Source: an uncultured Gemmatimonadales bacterium
Lineage (GTDB): Bacteria; Gemmatimonadota; Gemmatimonadetes; Gemmatimonadales; GWC2-71-9
Assembly (NCBI GenBank): GCA_963795085.1
Contig: CAWCFX010000001.1
Span: 1,280,001 to 1,344,000, forward strand
Direction of reading: 5' to 3'
Length of the DNA: 64,000 nt
Below, in pieces: positions 11,888-24,000 of the stretch. Position 1 is the stretch's first letter. Every line of letters starts with the position of its first letter. Under the pieces are notes generated by a model. That model made no database searches, was not told the DNA's origin, and saw only the letters and a list, made by a program, of their open reading frames with translations. The position numbers and the translations under genes were made by a program.

Positions 11888-13485
11888 GCACGAACCCCGC
11901 CGTCGTCGTGATCGGCCTCGACGCAGCGAATGTCAACCTGCTGGTGCGGTGGGCCCGCGAGGGTTCGCTGCCCCGCATCGCCGGACTCCTCGCCAGGGGC
12001 CGGATGGCGCGGAGCCGGGGCCTCGCTGGATTCATGGTGGGCTCGACCTGGCCGTCGATGTACACCGGTCTCTCCCCGGCCCGCCACGGCCTTCATTATC
12101 TCCGGCAGATCCGGGTCGGAACCTACGAGTTTCACCGGATGGCCGAGCATGGCCTGGTCCGGCAGCCACCCTTCTGGGAGGCGGTGGGCCGGGCGGGCCA
12201 CCGGGTGGCGATCCTTGACGTCCCGCTCTGCCGCCTGGATCCCGGCGTCAGCGGACTGCAGGTCATTGAATGGGGTTCGCACGATGCCGTCTATGGATTC
12301 CGGGCCGCCCCGGCGGCGGTCGAATCACGAATCGTCGACGGCTATGGGCCCCACCCGGGAGAAACACCGTGTGACGGCGACCGCCGCACCCCGGCGGAAT
12401 ACATGCGCTTCGTGGAAGCGCTGGAGCGGGGCGCCCGCCTCAAGGGCAAACTTACCGCGGACCTCATCCGCCTGGAGCGGTGGGGCCTCGCCATGCAGGT
12501 GTTCACCGAGGCGCATTGTGCCGGGCATCAATGCTGGCACCTGCACGACCCGGCCCATCCCAATCACGACGCCGCGATGCGGGCGGCGACGGGCGACCCC
12601 CTTCTGCGAGTGTACGCCGCCATCGACAGCGCCATCGGCGAGATCCTCGATGCGGCCGGCGACGCGACCATCGTGCTGCTGGCGGCCCACGGCATGTCCT
12701 TCCGGTTTGGCGCCAGCATGCTCCTCCCCGAGATCCTGGCCGGTCTCGGCGCGACCGAGTGTCCGCCGCCGCCTCCCGCGGAGCCGATGCTGCATCGCCT
12801 GGCCCGCGCAGCCTGGCGGGAGCTTCCCGAAACCGCGCAGCGGGCGCTGGGCCCGCTCCGCCGGGCTCTCCGCTCGTCACCCGGGCCCGATACGACCTCC
12901 TCCCTGCCATCATACCTGCGGCGAAGCCGCTGCTTTCCGGTCGGCAATGGGCTGGCGACGGCGGGGATACGGCTCAACCTCCGGGGGAGAGAACCCGGCG
13001 GTATCCTGGCCCCGGGAGCGGAGGCGGAGGCTTTTTCGGAGTGGCTGGCTGCCGCGCTGTGCGAAATCGTCGATGACACCACCGGCGGGCCGATAGTGCG
13101 CCGCGTGCTGCGCACCGCCGACCTGTATCAGGGCGAATGCCTGGACGCCCTTCCAGATCTGCTGGTGGACTGGAATGACGAGATGCCGCTGGGCCGGGCG
13201 GCGGCAGGCACCATGCTGGGGCGAATGCGGGTCCGTTCGCCCCGGCTGGGGGTGGTGGAAGGCGTCAACACGTACGGACGTACCGGGGAGCACCGGGAAG
13301 AGGGATTTTTCCTGGTGGCCGGACCAGGCATCGTGGCCGGCGAGCGCGAGGAGATGATGTCGCTGCTGGATTTCGCGCCCACCATCGCCGCGCAACTGGG
13401 AGTAACGCTGCGAGATATCGACGGCAGCGTGCTCAGTGACCTGGTGGCGATCCGTCGGTCAACCCGGTCTCCAGCCGGCGCATGA
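11884..13485 (+). CDS. Alkaline phosphatase superfamily protein (type I phosphodiesterase / nucleotide pyrophosphatase-like)
   Basis: VVVIGLDAA, WPSMYTGLSPARHG, AAHGM, IRLNLRGREP, PDLLV, GEHR and LLDFAPTI. GTGA overlap with the GT2 stop. Confidence 0.85.
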   Translation: MSTNPAVVVIGLDAANVNLLVRWAREGSLPRIAGLLARGRMARSRGLAGFMVGSTWPSMYTGLSPARHGLHYLRQIRVGTYEFHRMAEHGLVRQPPFWEAVGRAGHRVAILDVPLCRLDPGVSGLQVIEWGSHDAVYGFRAAPAAVESRIVDGYGPHPGETPCDGDRRTPAEYMRFVEALERGARLKGKLTADLIRLERWGLAMQVFTEAHCAGHQCWHLHDPAHPNHDAAMRAATGDPLLRVYAAIDSAIGEILDAAGDATIVLLAAHGMSFRFGASMLLPEILAGLGATECPPPPPAEPMLHRLARAAWRELPETAQRALGPLRRALRSSPGPDTTSSLPSYLRRSRCFPVGNGLATAGIRLNLRGREPGGILAPGAEAEAFSEWLAAALCEIVDDTTGGPIVRRVLRTADLYQGECLDALPDLLVDWNDEMPLGRAAAGTMLGRMRVRSPRLGVVEGVNTYGRTGEHREEGFFLVAGPGIVAGEREEMMSLLDFAPTIAAQLGVTLRDIDGSVLSDLVAIRRSTRSPAGA

Positions 13486-14641
13486 CGGCGTTCATCTGGA
13501 CCGACCCGGAAAAACTCGGCCCCGGAATCACCTGCAGATGGGTACTGGGCCCCTGGAAGAGGCGCTTGCCCATGGCGCGGTTCACCGCCAGCAGCTCCAG
13601 GGCGTAGATGCCCGGTGGCACGTTCAACTGGAGGGATGTCTCCACGGCGAAGGTGCCCCGGTGTGGAAAGTCCAGCCCCAGACGGTGCGCACTGGTGGTG
13701 TAGATGACCGCTCCCGAGCTGGCGGCCCGGACCTGGAGATGAACCGGGTCGATGTCGTCGAGGCTCGCCTGGTCGTCGAGTGAGCCTCGAACCACAACGG
13801 TGATCCGCGCACCGCTCTGGACCGGACCCGGCGGGTCCACCTGCAGCGAGGTGAGCTGGACCGGGTGGGCGGCGTCCACCGGCGCCAGCGCCTCACCGGC
13901 GTCCGCCAGGTAGGCACCGATACATTCCGACGCGGTTCCCTGGCGGATCACCCGGCCCCGGTTCAGCAGGATGGCCTGGCTGCACAACTCGGCGACCCGG
14001 TCGAGCTGGTGGGAGACGATCACGACCGGGATGCCCGAGGTGGTCAGCTCGCGGATGCGGTCAAAGGCGCGGTTCTGAAAGGCAAAGTCCCCGACCGCGA
14101 GGACCTCGTCCACGATCAGCACATCGGGATCCAGGTGGGCGGCGATCGAGAAGCCCAGCCGGGCGTTCATCCCGCTGGAGAAACGCTTGACCGGGGTATC
14201 GATGAAGGTCCCGACGCCGGCGAACTCCACGATGGCATCGAACTTCTCCCGGATCATGTCCCGGGGCATGCCCATGATCGCGCCCTGCAGGAAGAGGTTT
14301 TCGCGCCCGGTCAGGTCGGGGTGAAATCCGGCCGCCACATCGATCAGCGCGCCCACCCGGCCGATGGTGCGGCATCGCCCGGCCGTTGGCCGGAGGATGC
14401 GGGTGAGCAGGCGGAGGATGGTACTCTTGCCGGCGCCGTTGGGCCCCACGATGCCCAGGATCTCACCCGGCACCACGCTGAAGCTGACGTCCTGCACCGC
14501 CCAGAAATCTCCGGCTCCCGGCCGGTGCCGTCCGGCCAGCTTGCCGGCCAGAGCGGGGAGAAGGTCCCGCAGGCTGTCATGCCGCTCGCCGCGGCGGAAG
14601 CGTTTCCACACCTGCTCGAAATCCACGCGCGGCATCGTCAT
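13433..14641 (-). CDS. wzt: Polysaccharide ABC exporter ATP-binding subunit with C-terminal Wzt domain
   Basis: GPNGAGKST, GFHPDLTGREN, FSSGMNARLGF, VDEVLAVGDFAFQ, VSH; C-terminal extension ...LNVPPGIY. Confidence 0.9.
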   Translation of the reverse strand: MTMPRVDFEQVWKRFRRGERHDSLRDLLPALAGKLAGRHRPGAGDFWAVQDVSFSVVPGEILGIVGPNGAGKSTILRLLTRILRPTAGRCRTIGRVGALIDVAAGFHPDLTGRENLFLQGAIMGMPRDMIREKFDAIVEFAGVGTFIDTPVKRFSSGMNARLGFSIAAHLDPDVLIVDEVLAVGDFAFQNRAFDRIRELTTSGIPVVIVSHQLDRVAELCSQAILLNRGRVIRQGTASECIGAYLADAGEALAPVDAAHPVQLTSLQVDPPGPVQSGARITVVVRGSLDDQASLDDIDPVHLQVRAASSGAVIYTTSAHRLGLDFPHRGTFAVETSLQLNVPPGIYALELLAVNRAMGKRLFQGPSTHLQVIPGPSFSGSVQMNAVMRRLETGLTDGSPPGH

Positions 14642-14645
14642 GCGG

Positions 14646-15554
14646 CTAGAGCCGTTCGGCGAAGACGGCCGCGGACCGGTGAAAGAACCACACGGCGACC
14701 AGCAGTCCACCCAGGGACCAGCCGGCGAGCAGCGCGAAATAGACCGGGTCCCAGGCGACCACCGGCGGCCCGCCCTGCGGTGTCAGCACCAGGGGAATGA
14801 GCAGGTTATGACCCTCGACGATCGCCAGCCGGAATCCTTCCACCAGGGTCCCCAGGGGGTTGAGCAGCATCAGCCGGGCGCCCCGGGCACCCAGCATGGC
14901 CGGCTCGAAGAAAACCGGGGTAAACAGGATGCCGAAGGTAAGGAATACCTGGACCAGGTACTTCACGTCGCGGAAGAAAACATTGGCCGAACTCAGGAAC
15001 AGGGCCGCGGCCGTCGTGAGGGCGAAGAGCAGGATCACCAGCGCCGGAAACCAGAGCCATGCCATGGAGGGCGTGAGGCCGAGAACCAGGGCGACGGCCA
15101 GCACGGCGGTCGCGCCGATCGCGGTGTCGAATGCCTGGGCCAGCACGGCCGCGAGCGGAAGCACCTCGCGCGGAAAGTAGATCTTGGAGACCAGGTTGAG
15201 ATTGCCGGTGAGGCTCGGGGTGGCGAAGTTGAGGCTGCCCACGAAGAATGCCCAGGGCAGACTCTTGATCGCGACGCCGATGATCCCGTCCCGCTCCAGT
15301 CCGCCGCCGGCAAAGCGGGCCGCGGCCAGCCGGAGCACCAGCCCCGCGGCCACGATCAGCAGCGGCATCAGGAGCGCCCAGCCAAAGCCAAGCACGGCCT
15401 GCTTGTAGCGAATCCGGATTTCGCGCAGCGCCAGTTCGCGGAGCAACTCCCGGTAGGCGCGCACCTCGCGGATCGCCTCCGCGATGTCCCGCCAGAAGCC
15501 GGGTCGGGTTTCTTCCGGGTACGCCGGCAGGGCCGGCGGGGCGGAGTCGGTCAT
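14646..15554 (-). CDS. wzm: Polysaccharide ABC exporter permease
   Basis: [49 protein letters not shown]; multiple TM segments. Confidence 0.9.
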   Translation of the reverse strand: MTDSAPPALPAYPEETRPGFWRDIAEAIREVRAYRELLRELALREIRIRYKQAVLGFGWALLMPLLIVAAGLVLRLAAARFAGGGLERDGIIGVAIKSLPWAFFVGSLNFATPSLTGNLNLVSKIYFPREVLPLAAVLAQAFDTAIGATAVLAVALVLGLTPSMAWLWFPALVILLFALTTAAALFLSSANVFFRDVKYLVQVFLTFGILFTPVFFEPAMLGARGARLMLLNPLGTLVEGFRLAIVEGHNLLIPLVLTPQGGPPVVAWDPVYFALLAGWSLGGLLVAVWFFHRSAAVFAERL

Positions 15555-15588
15555 CGACGAGGGAATGGCCGGGAACTCACCGGCCCGG

Positions 15589-17745
15589 TCAGGCCTGCAG
15601 CCTGATTGGCAGCCTCCGGATGCGCTGCCCGGTTGCGGCGAAGATGGCGTTGACCACCGCCGGCGCGATGGGCGGGGTGCCCGGTTCTCCGACGCCCCCC
15701 GGTTTCTCGGTAGAGGGAACAATGTGCACTTCTACCTGGGGCATCTCGTCGATCCGGAGCATCGGGTAGTCGTGGAAGTTGCTTTGCCGGGCCGCGCCGT
15801 TCTCGATCGTCACCTCGCCGTAGAGAGCCGCGGTGAGGCCGAACACGACACTGCTCTCCATCTGGGCGGCAATAATGTCAGGGTTCACGTGGATGCCGCA
15901 GTCCACGGCACAGACCACCCGGTGGACCCGGACCTTGCCATCGGTCACCGAGACCTCGGCCACCTCGGCGACATAACTGCCGAAGGATTCCACCACGGCG
16001 ATGCCGCGGGCCCGGCCGGCGGGAAGCGGCGTGCCCCAGCCCGCCTTCTCCGCCGCCAGTTCGAGCACGCCCCGGTGCCGGGGCGCCGATCCCAGCAGAT
16101 CCCGCCGGAACGCGAAGGGATCCTTCCCGGCCGCATGCGCCAGTTCGTCCATGAAACCTTCGGCGATGAACCCGTTCTGGGAATTGCCGACCGAACGCCA
16201 GAATCCCACCGGCACTCCGACATCGGCCCGCACCCAGTCACAGCGCAGGTTAGGAATGGCGTAGGGCAGATTGGCCGACCCCTCCACCGAGGTGCCGTCG
16301 AGGCCGTTGGGAAGCGGCCCGAACATCGACTCGAACCGGGTCATGATGGATGGGCCCACCACCCGGTGGGTCCATGCCACCGGGGTGCCGGCCGCATCGA
16401 GGCCTCCCGCCAGGCGGTTGTAGGCGGCGGGCCGGTAGAAATCATGGGCCATGTCGTCCTCCCGCGACCAGATCACCTTGACCGGGGCACCCGCCGCCTT
16501 GGAGAGCTGCACCGCTTCCACCACGAAATCCAGTTCGAAGCGACGCCCGAAGCCGCCGCCGAGGTAGGTGGTGTGGACCTCGATGGCCTCCTGCGGCAGG
16601 CCGGTAATGGATGCGGCGACGCCCTGGACGCCGCTGCCCGGGGCGAACTGAAACTGGGTCGGGGCCCACACGGTGCAGCGATCAGCCTGGACCCAGGCGC
16701 TGCAGTTCATCGGTTCCATCGTGGCGTGCGCGAGGTACGGCACCTCGTACTCGGCGTCGATCCGGGTGCTGGCCCGGCGCAGCGCCTGGTCAGGATTGCC
16801 GTCGTTCCGGGCGCTGATGGCTTTCCCGGAGGCGAGGCTGAGAAACCGGGCCCGGATGCTCTCGCTGCTCACCCCGGCCATCGCCCCCGGCGACCAGGTG
16901 GTCTTGAGGGCCTCGCGTCCCTTCCGGGCCGCCCAGTATCCGTCGGCGATCACCGCGATGCCGGAGTCGATCGCCACCACGTGCCGGACCCCGGGGACCG
17001 CCAGCGCGGCGGCTTCGTCATGTCCGTTCGGCGTTCCCCCGAACGTCGGGCAGCGGGCCACCACGGCGACCAGCATGCCCGGCGCGGCAGCGTCGATTCC
17101 GAATCCGGCAGCGCCGGTCACCTTGTCCTGCAGGTCCAGGCGCGGCATGGGCCGGCCGATGAACTTGAACTCGTCCGGCGTCTTGAGCGTGACCGTCTCG
17201 GGGACGGGCAGGGCCGCGGCATCCGTCGCGAGAGCACCATAGGTCAGCCGGCGCTTGCCATTGGTCTCCAGCACCGCGCCGGCTTCGGTCCGGCAGGCGG
17301 CCGGCTCCACCCCCCAGCGAGCGGCGGCCGCCGCGACCAGCATGGCCCGGGCCCGGGCGCCTGCCTCGCGGAGCGGTTGCATGGCGGCGCTGACGCTGGT
17401 GCTGCCGCCGGTTCCCTGGATGCCGAAAGCGGGATTGACATACTCCTTACCTGCCGGCGCCGAGACGACCCGCAGGGTGGCCCAGTCGGCGTCGAGTTCA
17501 TCGGCCAGCATCTGGGGGAGGGCGGTGTGCACGCCCTGGCCCATCTCGGAGCGGTCCACCACGATCGTCACGATGCCGTCGGTGCCGATCCGGAGCCATG
17601 CATTCGGCTGGAAGGGAGGCGTGTCGTCTTGAGCGGGGGTGCCGGGCCGGGAACAGCCGGGAAGGTAGATGGCAAGGGTCAACCCGGCACCGGCGGCCAT
17701 GCCGGCGCGCACGAAGTCCCGGCGACTCAGTCCGGACGTGGTCAT
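15589..17745 (-). CDS. iorB: Xanthine dehydrogenase-family molybdopterin-binding subunit (isoquinoline 1-oxidoreductase beta-like), Tat-exported
   Basis: Tat motif [51 protein letters not shown]. Confidence 0.9.
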   Translation of the reverse strand: MTTSGLSRRDFVRAGMAAGAGLTLAIYLPGCSRPGTPAQDDTPPFQPNAWLRIGTDGIVTIVVDRSEMGQGVHTALPQMLADELDADWATLRVVSAPAGKEYVNPAFGIQGTGGSTSVSAAMQPLREAGARARAMLVAAAAARWGVEPAACRTEAGAVLETNGKRRLTYGALATDAAALPVPETVTLKTPDEFKFIGRPMPRLDLQDKVTGAAGFGIDAAAPGMLVAVVARCPTFGGTPNGHDEAAALAVPGVRHVVAIDSGIAVIADGYWAARKGREALKTTWSPGAMAGVSSESIRARFLSLASGKAISARNDGNPDQALRRASTRIDAEYEVPYLAHATMEPMNCSAWVQADRCTVWAPTQFQFAPGSGVQGVAASITGLPQEAIEVHTTYLGGGFGRRFELDFVVEAVQLSKAAGAPVKVIWSREDDMAHDFYRPAAYNRLAGGLDAAGTPVAWTHRVVGPSIMTRFESMFGPLPNGLDGTSVEGSANLPYAIPNLRCDWVRADVGVPVGFWRSVGNSQNGFIAEGFMDELAHAAGKDPFAFRRDLLGSAPRHRGVLELAAEKAGWGTPLPAGRARGIAVVESFGSYVAEVAEVSVTDGKVRVHRVVCAVDCGIHVNPDIIAAQMESSVVFGLTAALYGEVTIENGAARQSNFHDYPMLRIDEMPQVEVHIVPSTEKPGGVGEPGTPPIAPAVVNAIFAATGQRIRRLPIRLQA

Positions 17746-18197
17746 GCGGCACCTCCCGCGGCGCGGTGAATAGCCTTGCGGATCCGCTGGTAGGTTCCGC
17801 AGCGGCAGATGTTCCCGGTCATGGCGGCATCGATGTCGGCATCCGTGGGCCGGGGTTTCTCCGCCAGCAGGGCGGCCGCCGACATCAACTGGCCGGACTG
17901 GCAATAGCCGCACTGGGGCACCTGTTCCGCGACCCAGGCCCGCTGCAGCGGATGGTCTCCATTCTTCGAGAGGGCTTCGATGGTGGTCACCTGTTTTCCC
18001 TCCGCCATGGAGACGGGTGTCTGGCAGGAGCGAACCGCGGTGCCGTCGAGATGGATCGTGCAGGCCCCGCATTGCCCGATGCCGCACCCGAACTTGGTGC
18101 CGGTGAGCGCGAGTTCCTCGCGAATGACCCAGAGCAGCGGCGTGTCGGCGGTCGCGGTCGTCTGCACCCGGCGCCCATTTACGCGAAAGGAGGTCAT
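17742..18197 (-). CDS. iorA: 2x[2Fe-2S] small subunit (isoquinoline 1-oxidoreductase alpha-like)
   Basis: [31 protein letters not shown]; stop overlaps the iorB start. Confidence 0.92.
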   Translation of the reverse strand: MTSFRVNGRRVQTTATADTPLLWVIREELALTGTKFGCGIGQCGACTIHLDGTAVRSCQTPVSMAEGKQVTTIEALSKNGDHPLQRAWVAEQVPQCGYCQSGQLMSAAALLAEKPRPTDADIDAAMTGNICRCGTYQRIRKAIHRAAGGAA

Positions 18198-18306
18198 GCC
18201 CAGTCCTTTGGTGAGGAGGAATCCTGGAAATTGCCGGAGTCGCGGGGGATCGGCTGGAATGTAAGCCCGGCCGCCCGTTTCGATACCCCGTCCCCCGGTC
18301 GCTGGC

Positions 18307-19533
18307 CTAGGCCCGGGGTGATGCCGGTTTCAGCGTAGAGCGGAGCACAAAGAATCCGGCCAGGCCGGACGCGAGCGTTCCCACCACGATCCCCAGGCGA
18401 TGCATGCCCAGGGCGCTGGTTCCGCCTTCGCCGAAGGCCAGGGCGGCGATGAACAGGCTCATGGTGAATCCGATGCCGCAGAGCAGCGCCGCGCCGTGCA
18501 GTTTCCGCCAGCCGATCCCGTCGGGCAGCGCGGCGATCCCCAGCCGCACCGCGATCCAGCAGAAGGCGACGATGCCGACCTGCTTCCCGACGAAGAGGCC
18601 CAGCGAGATACCGAGGGGGAGCGGATCCACCAGGCTCGCCCACGTCACATCGAGCAGGGAGACGCCGGCATTGGCAAAGGCGAACAGGGGGAGAACCCCG
18701 TAGGCGACCCAGGGATGCAGCGCGTCCTGGAGCCGGCGCAGCGGGCCGTCCTTCGAACCCTGTTCTCCTTCCTGGCCGGGCAACCGGATCGGAATGAAGA
18801 TCGCCAGCAGAACCCCTGCCAGCGTGGCGTGCACTCCGCTCTTGAGCACCGCCACCCAGAGCGGGATGCCCAGGAGGAAATAAGCGGTCAGGCTGGTCAC
18901 GCCCAGCCGGTTGAGCAGGACGAGGCCCAGGAGCAACAGGGCGCCGATGAAGAGCGAAAGGAAGGAGAGGTTCGCGGTGTAGAAGAGGGCAATGATGACG
19001 ATGGCGCCCAGGTCGTCGAAGATGGCCACGCTGAGCAGGAAGGTCTTCAGGCTGGCGGGGACCCGGTCGCCGAGGAGGGTCAGCACTCCCATGGCGAAGG
19101 CAATGTCAGTGGCCGTGGGAATGGCCCAGCCCTTCATCGCGGCCGCATCACCCCAGTTGAGGGCGGCGTAGCAGGCCGCCGGGGCGATCATGCCGCCGGC
19201 CGCCGCCACCGCCGGCAGACTGGCCCGGCGCAGGCTCGAAAGATGTCCCTCCAAAACCTCCCGCTTGAGTTCCAGCCCTACCAGGAGGAAGAACACCGCC
19301 ATCAGCCCGTCGTTGATCCAGAGCAGCAGCGGCTTGGCGATTCCCAGGGTGCCGATGCTCACTTCCAGCGGCAGGTCCAGCAGGGACGCGTAGGGGCCGG
19401 CGAGGGGAGTATTGGCCACGGCAAGCGCCAGCACCGCCGCGCCCATGAGCAGGATCCCGCCGGCGGCCTCCAGGCGGAGGAACTCGTGCAGCGGGTTCAG
19501 GACCTTGTCGATGATCGGCGCGCGCACGGTCAA
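18307..19533 (-). CDS. nhaA: Na+/H+ antiporter NhaA
   Basis: [61 protein letters not shown] start at 19533 with an AAGGAG RBS just upstream. Confidence 0.95.
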   Translation of the reverse strand: MTVRAPIIDKVLNPLHEFLRLEAAGGILLMGAAVLALAVANTPLAGPYASLLDLPLEVSIGTLGIAKPLLLWINDGLMAVFFLLVGLELKREVLEGHLSSLRRASLPAVAAAGGMIAPAACYAALNWGDAAAMKGWAIPTATDIAFAMGVLTLLGDRVPASLKTFLLSVAIFDDLGAIVIIALFYTANLSFLSLFIGALLLLGLVLLNRLGVTSLTAYFLLGIPLWVAVLKSGVHATLAGVLLAIFIPIRLPGQEGEQGSKDGPLRRLQDALHPWVAYGVLPLFAFANAGVSLLDVTWASLVDPLPLGISLGLFVGKQVGIVAFCWIAVRLGIAALPDGIGWRKLHGAALLCGIGFTMSLFIAALAFGEGGTSALGMHRLGIVVGTLASGLAGFFVLRSTLKPASPRA

Positions 19534-19608
19534 GCGGGGCCTCCTTTCCGGCGTCCCGCCCTCGGCCCCGAGTCCCGGGCACCGAGTGCTGAGCACTCCG
19601 GGTCTCGG

Positions 19609-20313
19609 TTAAAGTGACCGGGTCAGTCCTCCGTCCACCCGGATGTTCTGCCCGGTGATGTAGCCGGCGCCCTCCGAGAGGAGAAACGCGGCGGTGGCGG
19701 CGATTTCATCCGCCTGGCCATAGCGGCCCAGGGGAATGCGCTGCCGATGGGCTTCGTGCTCCGGCAGGGAGTCGATGAAACCGGGGAGGATATTGTTCAT
19801 CCTGATCCGGGCGGCGGCGTACTGGTCGGCGAACAGCTTGGTGAAGGCCGCCAGCCCCGCCCGAACCACGCTCGACGTCGGGAATGCCGGGTCAGGTTCC
19901 ACCGCGCCAAAGGTCGAGATGTTGACGATCGCACCGCCGCCCCGTGCCTGCATGGCAGGCGCGACCAGCCGGGCCACCCGCACCACGTTCAGGAAATACA
20001 CCTCGAGGGCCAGGTGCCAATCCTCGTCGCTGATCGCGAGGAGGGGGCCCTTGGGCCCGTGGCCCGCGCTATTGACGACGGCATCAATACCGCCGAAGGC
20101 GTCGAGCGCCGTTTCGACCAGCCGCCGCAGGTCGTCCGGGTTCTGGTTGGAGCCGGTGATCCCGATGCCGCCGAGTTCGGTGGCCAGCGCCTCGCCCCGC
20201 CCGGAGGAGGAGAGGATGGCGACCTGGTAGCCAAGGCTCGACAGTTTTCGGGCGATGGCCGCGCCCATCCCGCTGCCGCCGGCGGTGATCAGGGCTGTTT
20301 TCGAAGTCCCCAT
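19609..20313 (-). CDS. Short-chain dehydrogenase/reductase
   Basis: LITAGGSGMG, VVNSAG, IVNIS, NNILPG, GQNIRVDGG. Confidence 0.9.
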   Translation of the reverse strand: MGTSKTALITAGGSGMGAAIARKLSSLGYQVAILSSSGRGEALATELGGIGITGSNQNPDDLRRLVETALDAFGGIDAVVNSAGHGPKGPLLAISDEDWHLALEVYFLNVVRVARLVAPAMQARGGGAIVNISTFGAVEPDPAFPTSSVVRAGLAAFTKLFADQYAAARIRMNNILPGFIDSLPEHEAHRQRIPLGRYGQADEIAATAAFLLSEGAGYITGQNIRVDGGLTRSL

Positions 20314-20686
20314 GCGCTAGCCTGGGTTAGTGGACATCATGACAACGGGACAGGGACCTGGCCGTTCGTTTTTTCCAGCCCTATCGGCGTGAAACGGGTT
20401 ACCACGTCTCTCCCCAGCTGTCTGATATTCCCTCTATAGGGGGAGGAGGCCTCTCGGCCCAACGGGACCGTGGCACGACGGCCAGGCAGGCGGTGACCCC
20501 GCCTGTGGCGAAACAGGAATGACGACCGCGACGAACCTCAAAGGCATTCCAAGTATCCGATTGTATAATTGTATAGAGGAAAAGGTGGGCCTGGGATTAC
20601 CACGGCCGGATCGGAGGCAGCAAGCAATGTAATCGACGCGGGGTAGGGAGCAGGCGCAATGTCGTGGGAGGGTGGAACTTGGCCCC

Positions 20687-20715
20687 TTGACGTGGGAAGG
20701 CCGGGGCGGGATATT
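20687..20715 (+). promoter_or_regulatory. Candidate sigma70-type promoter for susC
   Basis: TTGACG (20687-20692), 17-nt spacer, then GATATT (20710-20715). Pattern match only. Confidence 0.3.
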
Positions 20716-21016
20716 TAGGGCCGAACGAACCCGGACCGGGAGACCCCCTCTCCTTGCACCGCCCGGTGTTCGAGCTCCGACAAGAAATCACAGTTTCGTT
20801 TCGATCCGTGGACATTTCCCGCGGTCGAGGTCTGTGCATACCCGATCCCCTGCGCAACCTTTGGTGCCCACTCAGTACGCGTTCACATGCTTGCAGGACA
20901 ATGCCTTGCTGGCGGTTGCCAGGCAGGCTTCTCCGTTCCGTTTTTGATTTCTCCGCGCTCTGGCCCTCCCGGCCGGAGCTTTTCTTGTTAGTACGTACCC
21001 GATGAAAGGGATGTAT

Positions 21017-24000
21017 ATGAGGCGCCTGCGCTACACCCTTGGCCTGCTCCTGGCGGTGTTCTGGACCATGCCGCTCCTTGCCCAGGAAGGTACCGGCACG
21101 GTCACGGGCCGGGTGCTGGATCAGGCGTCGCAACGCCCCCTCCAGGGGGCCTCCGTCATGGTCGGCGGACGCACCGCCCAGACCCAGGCGGACGGCCGAT
21201 ACCTGATTACCGGCGTGCCGGCGGGACGCGACACGCTACGGGCCCGGATGATCGGATACTCTCCGATGTCACGTGCCGTCACGGTGGTCGCCGGCCAGAC
21301 CCTGGATGCGGACTTCGGGTTGACCGCCCAGGCCGTGAACCTGGCCGAGATGGTGGTCATCGGGTACGGCGAGCAGGCGGCGGGGAATATCACCGGCGCC
21401 GTCACCAGCGTCTCGTCCGACGAGTTCAATACGGGGCGGGTGGTGACGCCGACCGAGCTGATTCAGAACAAGGTCGCCGGCGTCCAGGTGGTGGAGAACA
21501 ACGAGCCGGGCGGCGGCACGTCCATCCGGATCCGGGGCGCCACCTCTATCAACGCGGCCAGCGATCCGCTGTTCGTCGTTGACGGGCTCCCCCTGGGGAC
21601 CGGCTCCGGCAGCGGTATCTCCGGAGGCCGGGATCCGCTCAACTTCCTGAACTCCGAGGACATCGAAAGCATCACGGTACTCCGCGATGCCTCCGCGGCC
21701 GCGATCTACGGAGCCAACGCCGCCAACGGCGTCATCCTCATCACTACCAAGAAGGGCGCCGCCGGCGGCGGGACCAAGTTCGAGTACAGCGGGAGTGTCT
21801 CCGCCTCGCGGGTCACCAAGCTTCCGTCCATGCTGAATGCCGACCAGTTCCGAGCCGCAGTTACCCAGTACGCGCCGCAAAACGTCTCCCAGCTGCTCAA
21901 CGAGAATACCGACTGGTTCGGCCTGATTGACCGGACCGCCGTCGGCCAGGAGCACACCCTCGCCATGTCGGGGTCCGGCACCAACACGGATTACCGCTTC
22001 TCGGCCAACTATCTCAACCAGAACGGTATCCTCCAGGGCACCAACACCGAGCGGATCGGCCTCGGCGCCAACTACAACCAGCGCCTGCTGGACGACCGGC
22101 TGACCCTCGGGTTCAACCTGCGGGGTTCTCGGGCCAACGATCAGTTCACTCCCGGCGGCGTGCTGTCGAACGCGGCGCAGATGGGCCCCACCCAGCCGGT
22201 CTATGATTCCACCACCGTGTCGGGGTACTACGACTGGCCCGGCGGCCTGACCTCCCCGGACAACCCGATCGCGCTGCTGGACCTGGCGATCGACCGGAGC
22301 ACGACCTACCGGAGCATCGGCAACGCCCAGGCCGGCTACAGCCTGCCGTTTCTGAACGGGCTCAAGGCCAACCTCAACCTCGGGTACGACGTGACGAGGG
22401 CGGACCGGGAGACCTTCAACCCCAGCGTGCTGCACCGCCAGACGGTGAGCGACAGCGGCACCCAGACCCGGAGCAATCCGCTCCAGGTCAACACGGTGCT
22501 GGAGGCCTTCCTGAACTACGTGCCGCCCCGGAACCTCGGTCCCGGTATCCTGGACGTGACGGGCGGCTACTCCTTCTCGAAGTCGCATGCCGAGTACCCG
22601 TATTTCCAGGCGCGCGGCCTGGCCACGGACGCCCTGGGCCCCGGTGGCATCCCGTCGGCGGCCATCATCCAGAACACCCTGGACGTGCAGGAGAGCAGGC
22701 TGATCTCCTTCTTCGGCCGGCTGAACTACAATATTAACGACCGCTACCTCGCGGCGTTCAGTCTCCGGCGGGACGGGTCGTCCCGGTTCGGCGACGGCAA
22801 CAACTGGGGTACCTTCCCGTCGGTCGCGCTGGCCTGGCGGCTTTCCGAGGAAGGGTTCCTGCGCGGGATGAGCTCCCTGTCGGACCTGAAACTGCGGGCT
22901 TCGTGGGCCCGGACCGGCAACCAGGCCTTCGCCAACTACCAGCAGTTTGCCACCTACCGGGTCGGCGATGCGCAGTCGCAGTACGCCTTTGGCGATACCC
23001 TGGTGACTACCATCCGGCCCGGCGCCGTTGATCCGAACATCAAGTGGGAGGCCACCCGGTCCGTTGACGTGGGCCTCGATTTCGGATTCAACAACCAGCG
23101 CATCAGCGGCTCCATCGACTACTACGAGAAGAAGACCACGGACCTGATCTTCACGGTCCCTATCGCGGCCGGGACGAACCTGTCCAACTTCCTGACCACC
23201 AACATCGGCAGCATGCAGAACAAGGGCGTGGAGTTCAGCCTGGGCGCCCGGCTGCTGGATGGCGGATCCACCGGCCTCACCTGGCAGGCGGATTTCACCG
23301 CGGCCCACAACAGCAATCAGCTGCTGACCATCAATCCCCAGGCCGGGGCGGGGGCCAAGATCCTCACCGGCGGCATCGCCGGCGGCGTGGGCACCAACAT
23401 CCAGGTGCTGACGCCGGGCCAGCCGATCAACTCGTTCTTCGTGTACGAGCACAAGCTGGATTCCAGCGGCAAGCCGATCTACGCCGATGAGAACGGTGAC
23501 AACACAATCAACGAGCAGGACCTTTACGTGGACCAGAACGGGGACAACATCATCAACCAGGATGACCTCCGGGCCTTCCACGACCCGGCGCCGAAGTGGA
23601 TCGTGGGCCACTCTTCCTATATGGCCTATGGCAAGTTCGACTTTGGCTTTACCCTGCGGGCCTACCTCGGGAACTACGTGTACAACAACGTGGCCTCCAA
23701 CCTGGGCACCTACGCCGAGGTCGGCCGCGGATCGCCGTACAACCTGCACACCTCGGTGCTGGAGACCAATTTCGCCACGCCCCAGTACCAGTCCGATTAT
23801 TATGTAGAGAAGGCCTCGTTCCTGCGGATGGACAACCTGACCGTTGGCTACTCCTTCAGCCTCCAGGGCCAGGCGGCCCGGGTGTATGGCACCGTTCAGA
23901 ACGCTTTCACCCTTACGGGGTATAGCGGGGTGGATCCCACCGCCGGGCTGAACGGGATCGACAATAACATTTACCCCCGCTCCCGCACCTTCACGGGTGG

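Noticed and set aside
20597..21133. Small ORFs in the susC upstream region
   Set aside because: No recognisable motifs and atypical composition. Treated as non-coding.
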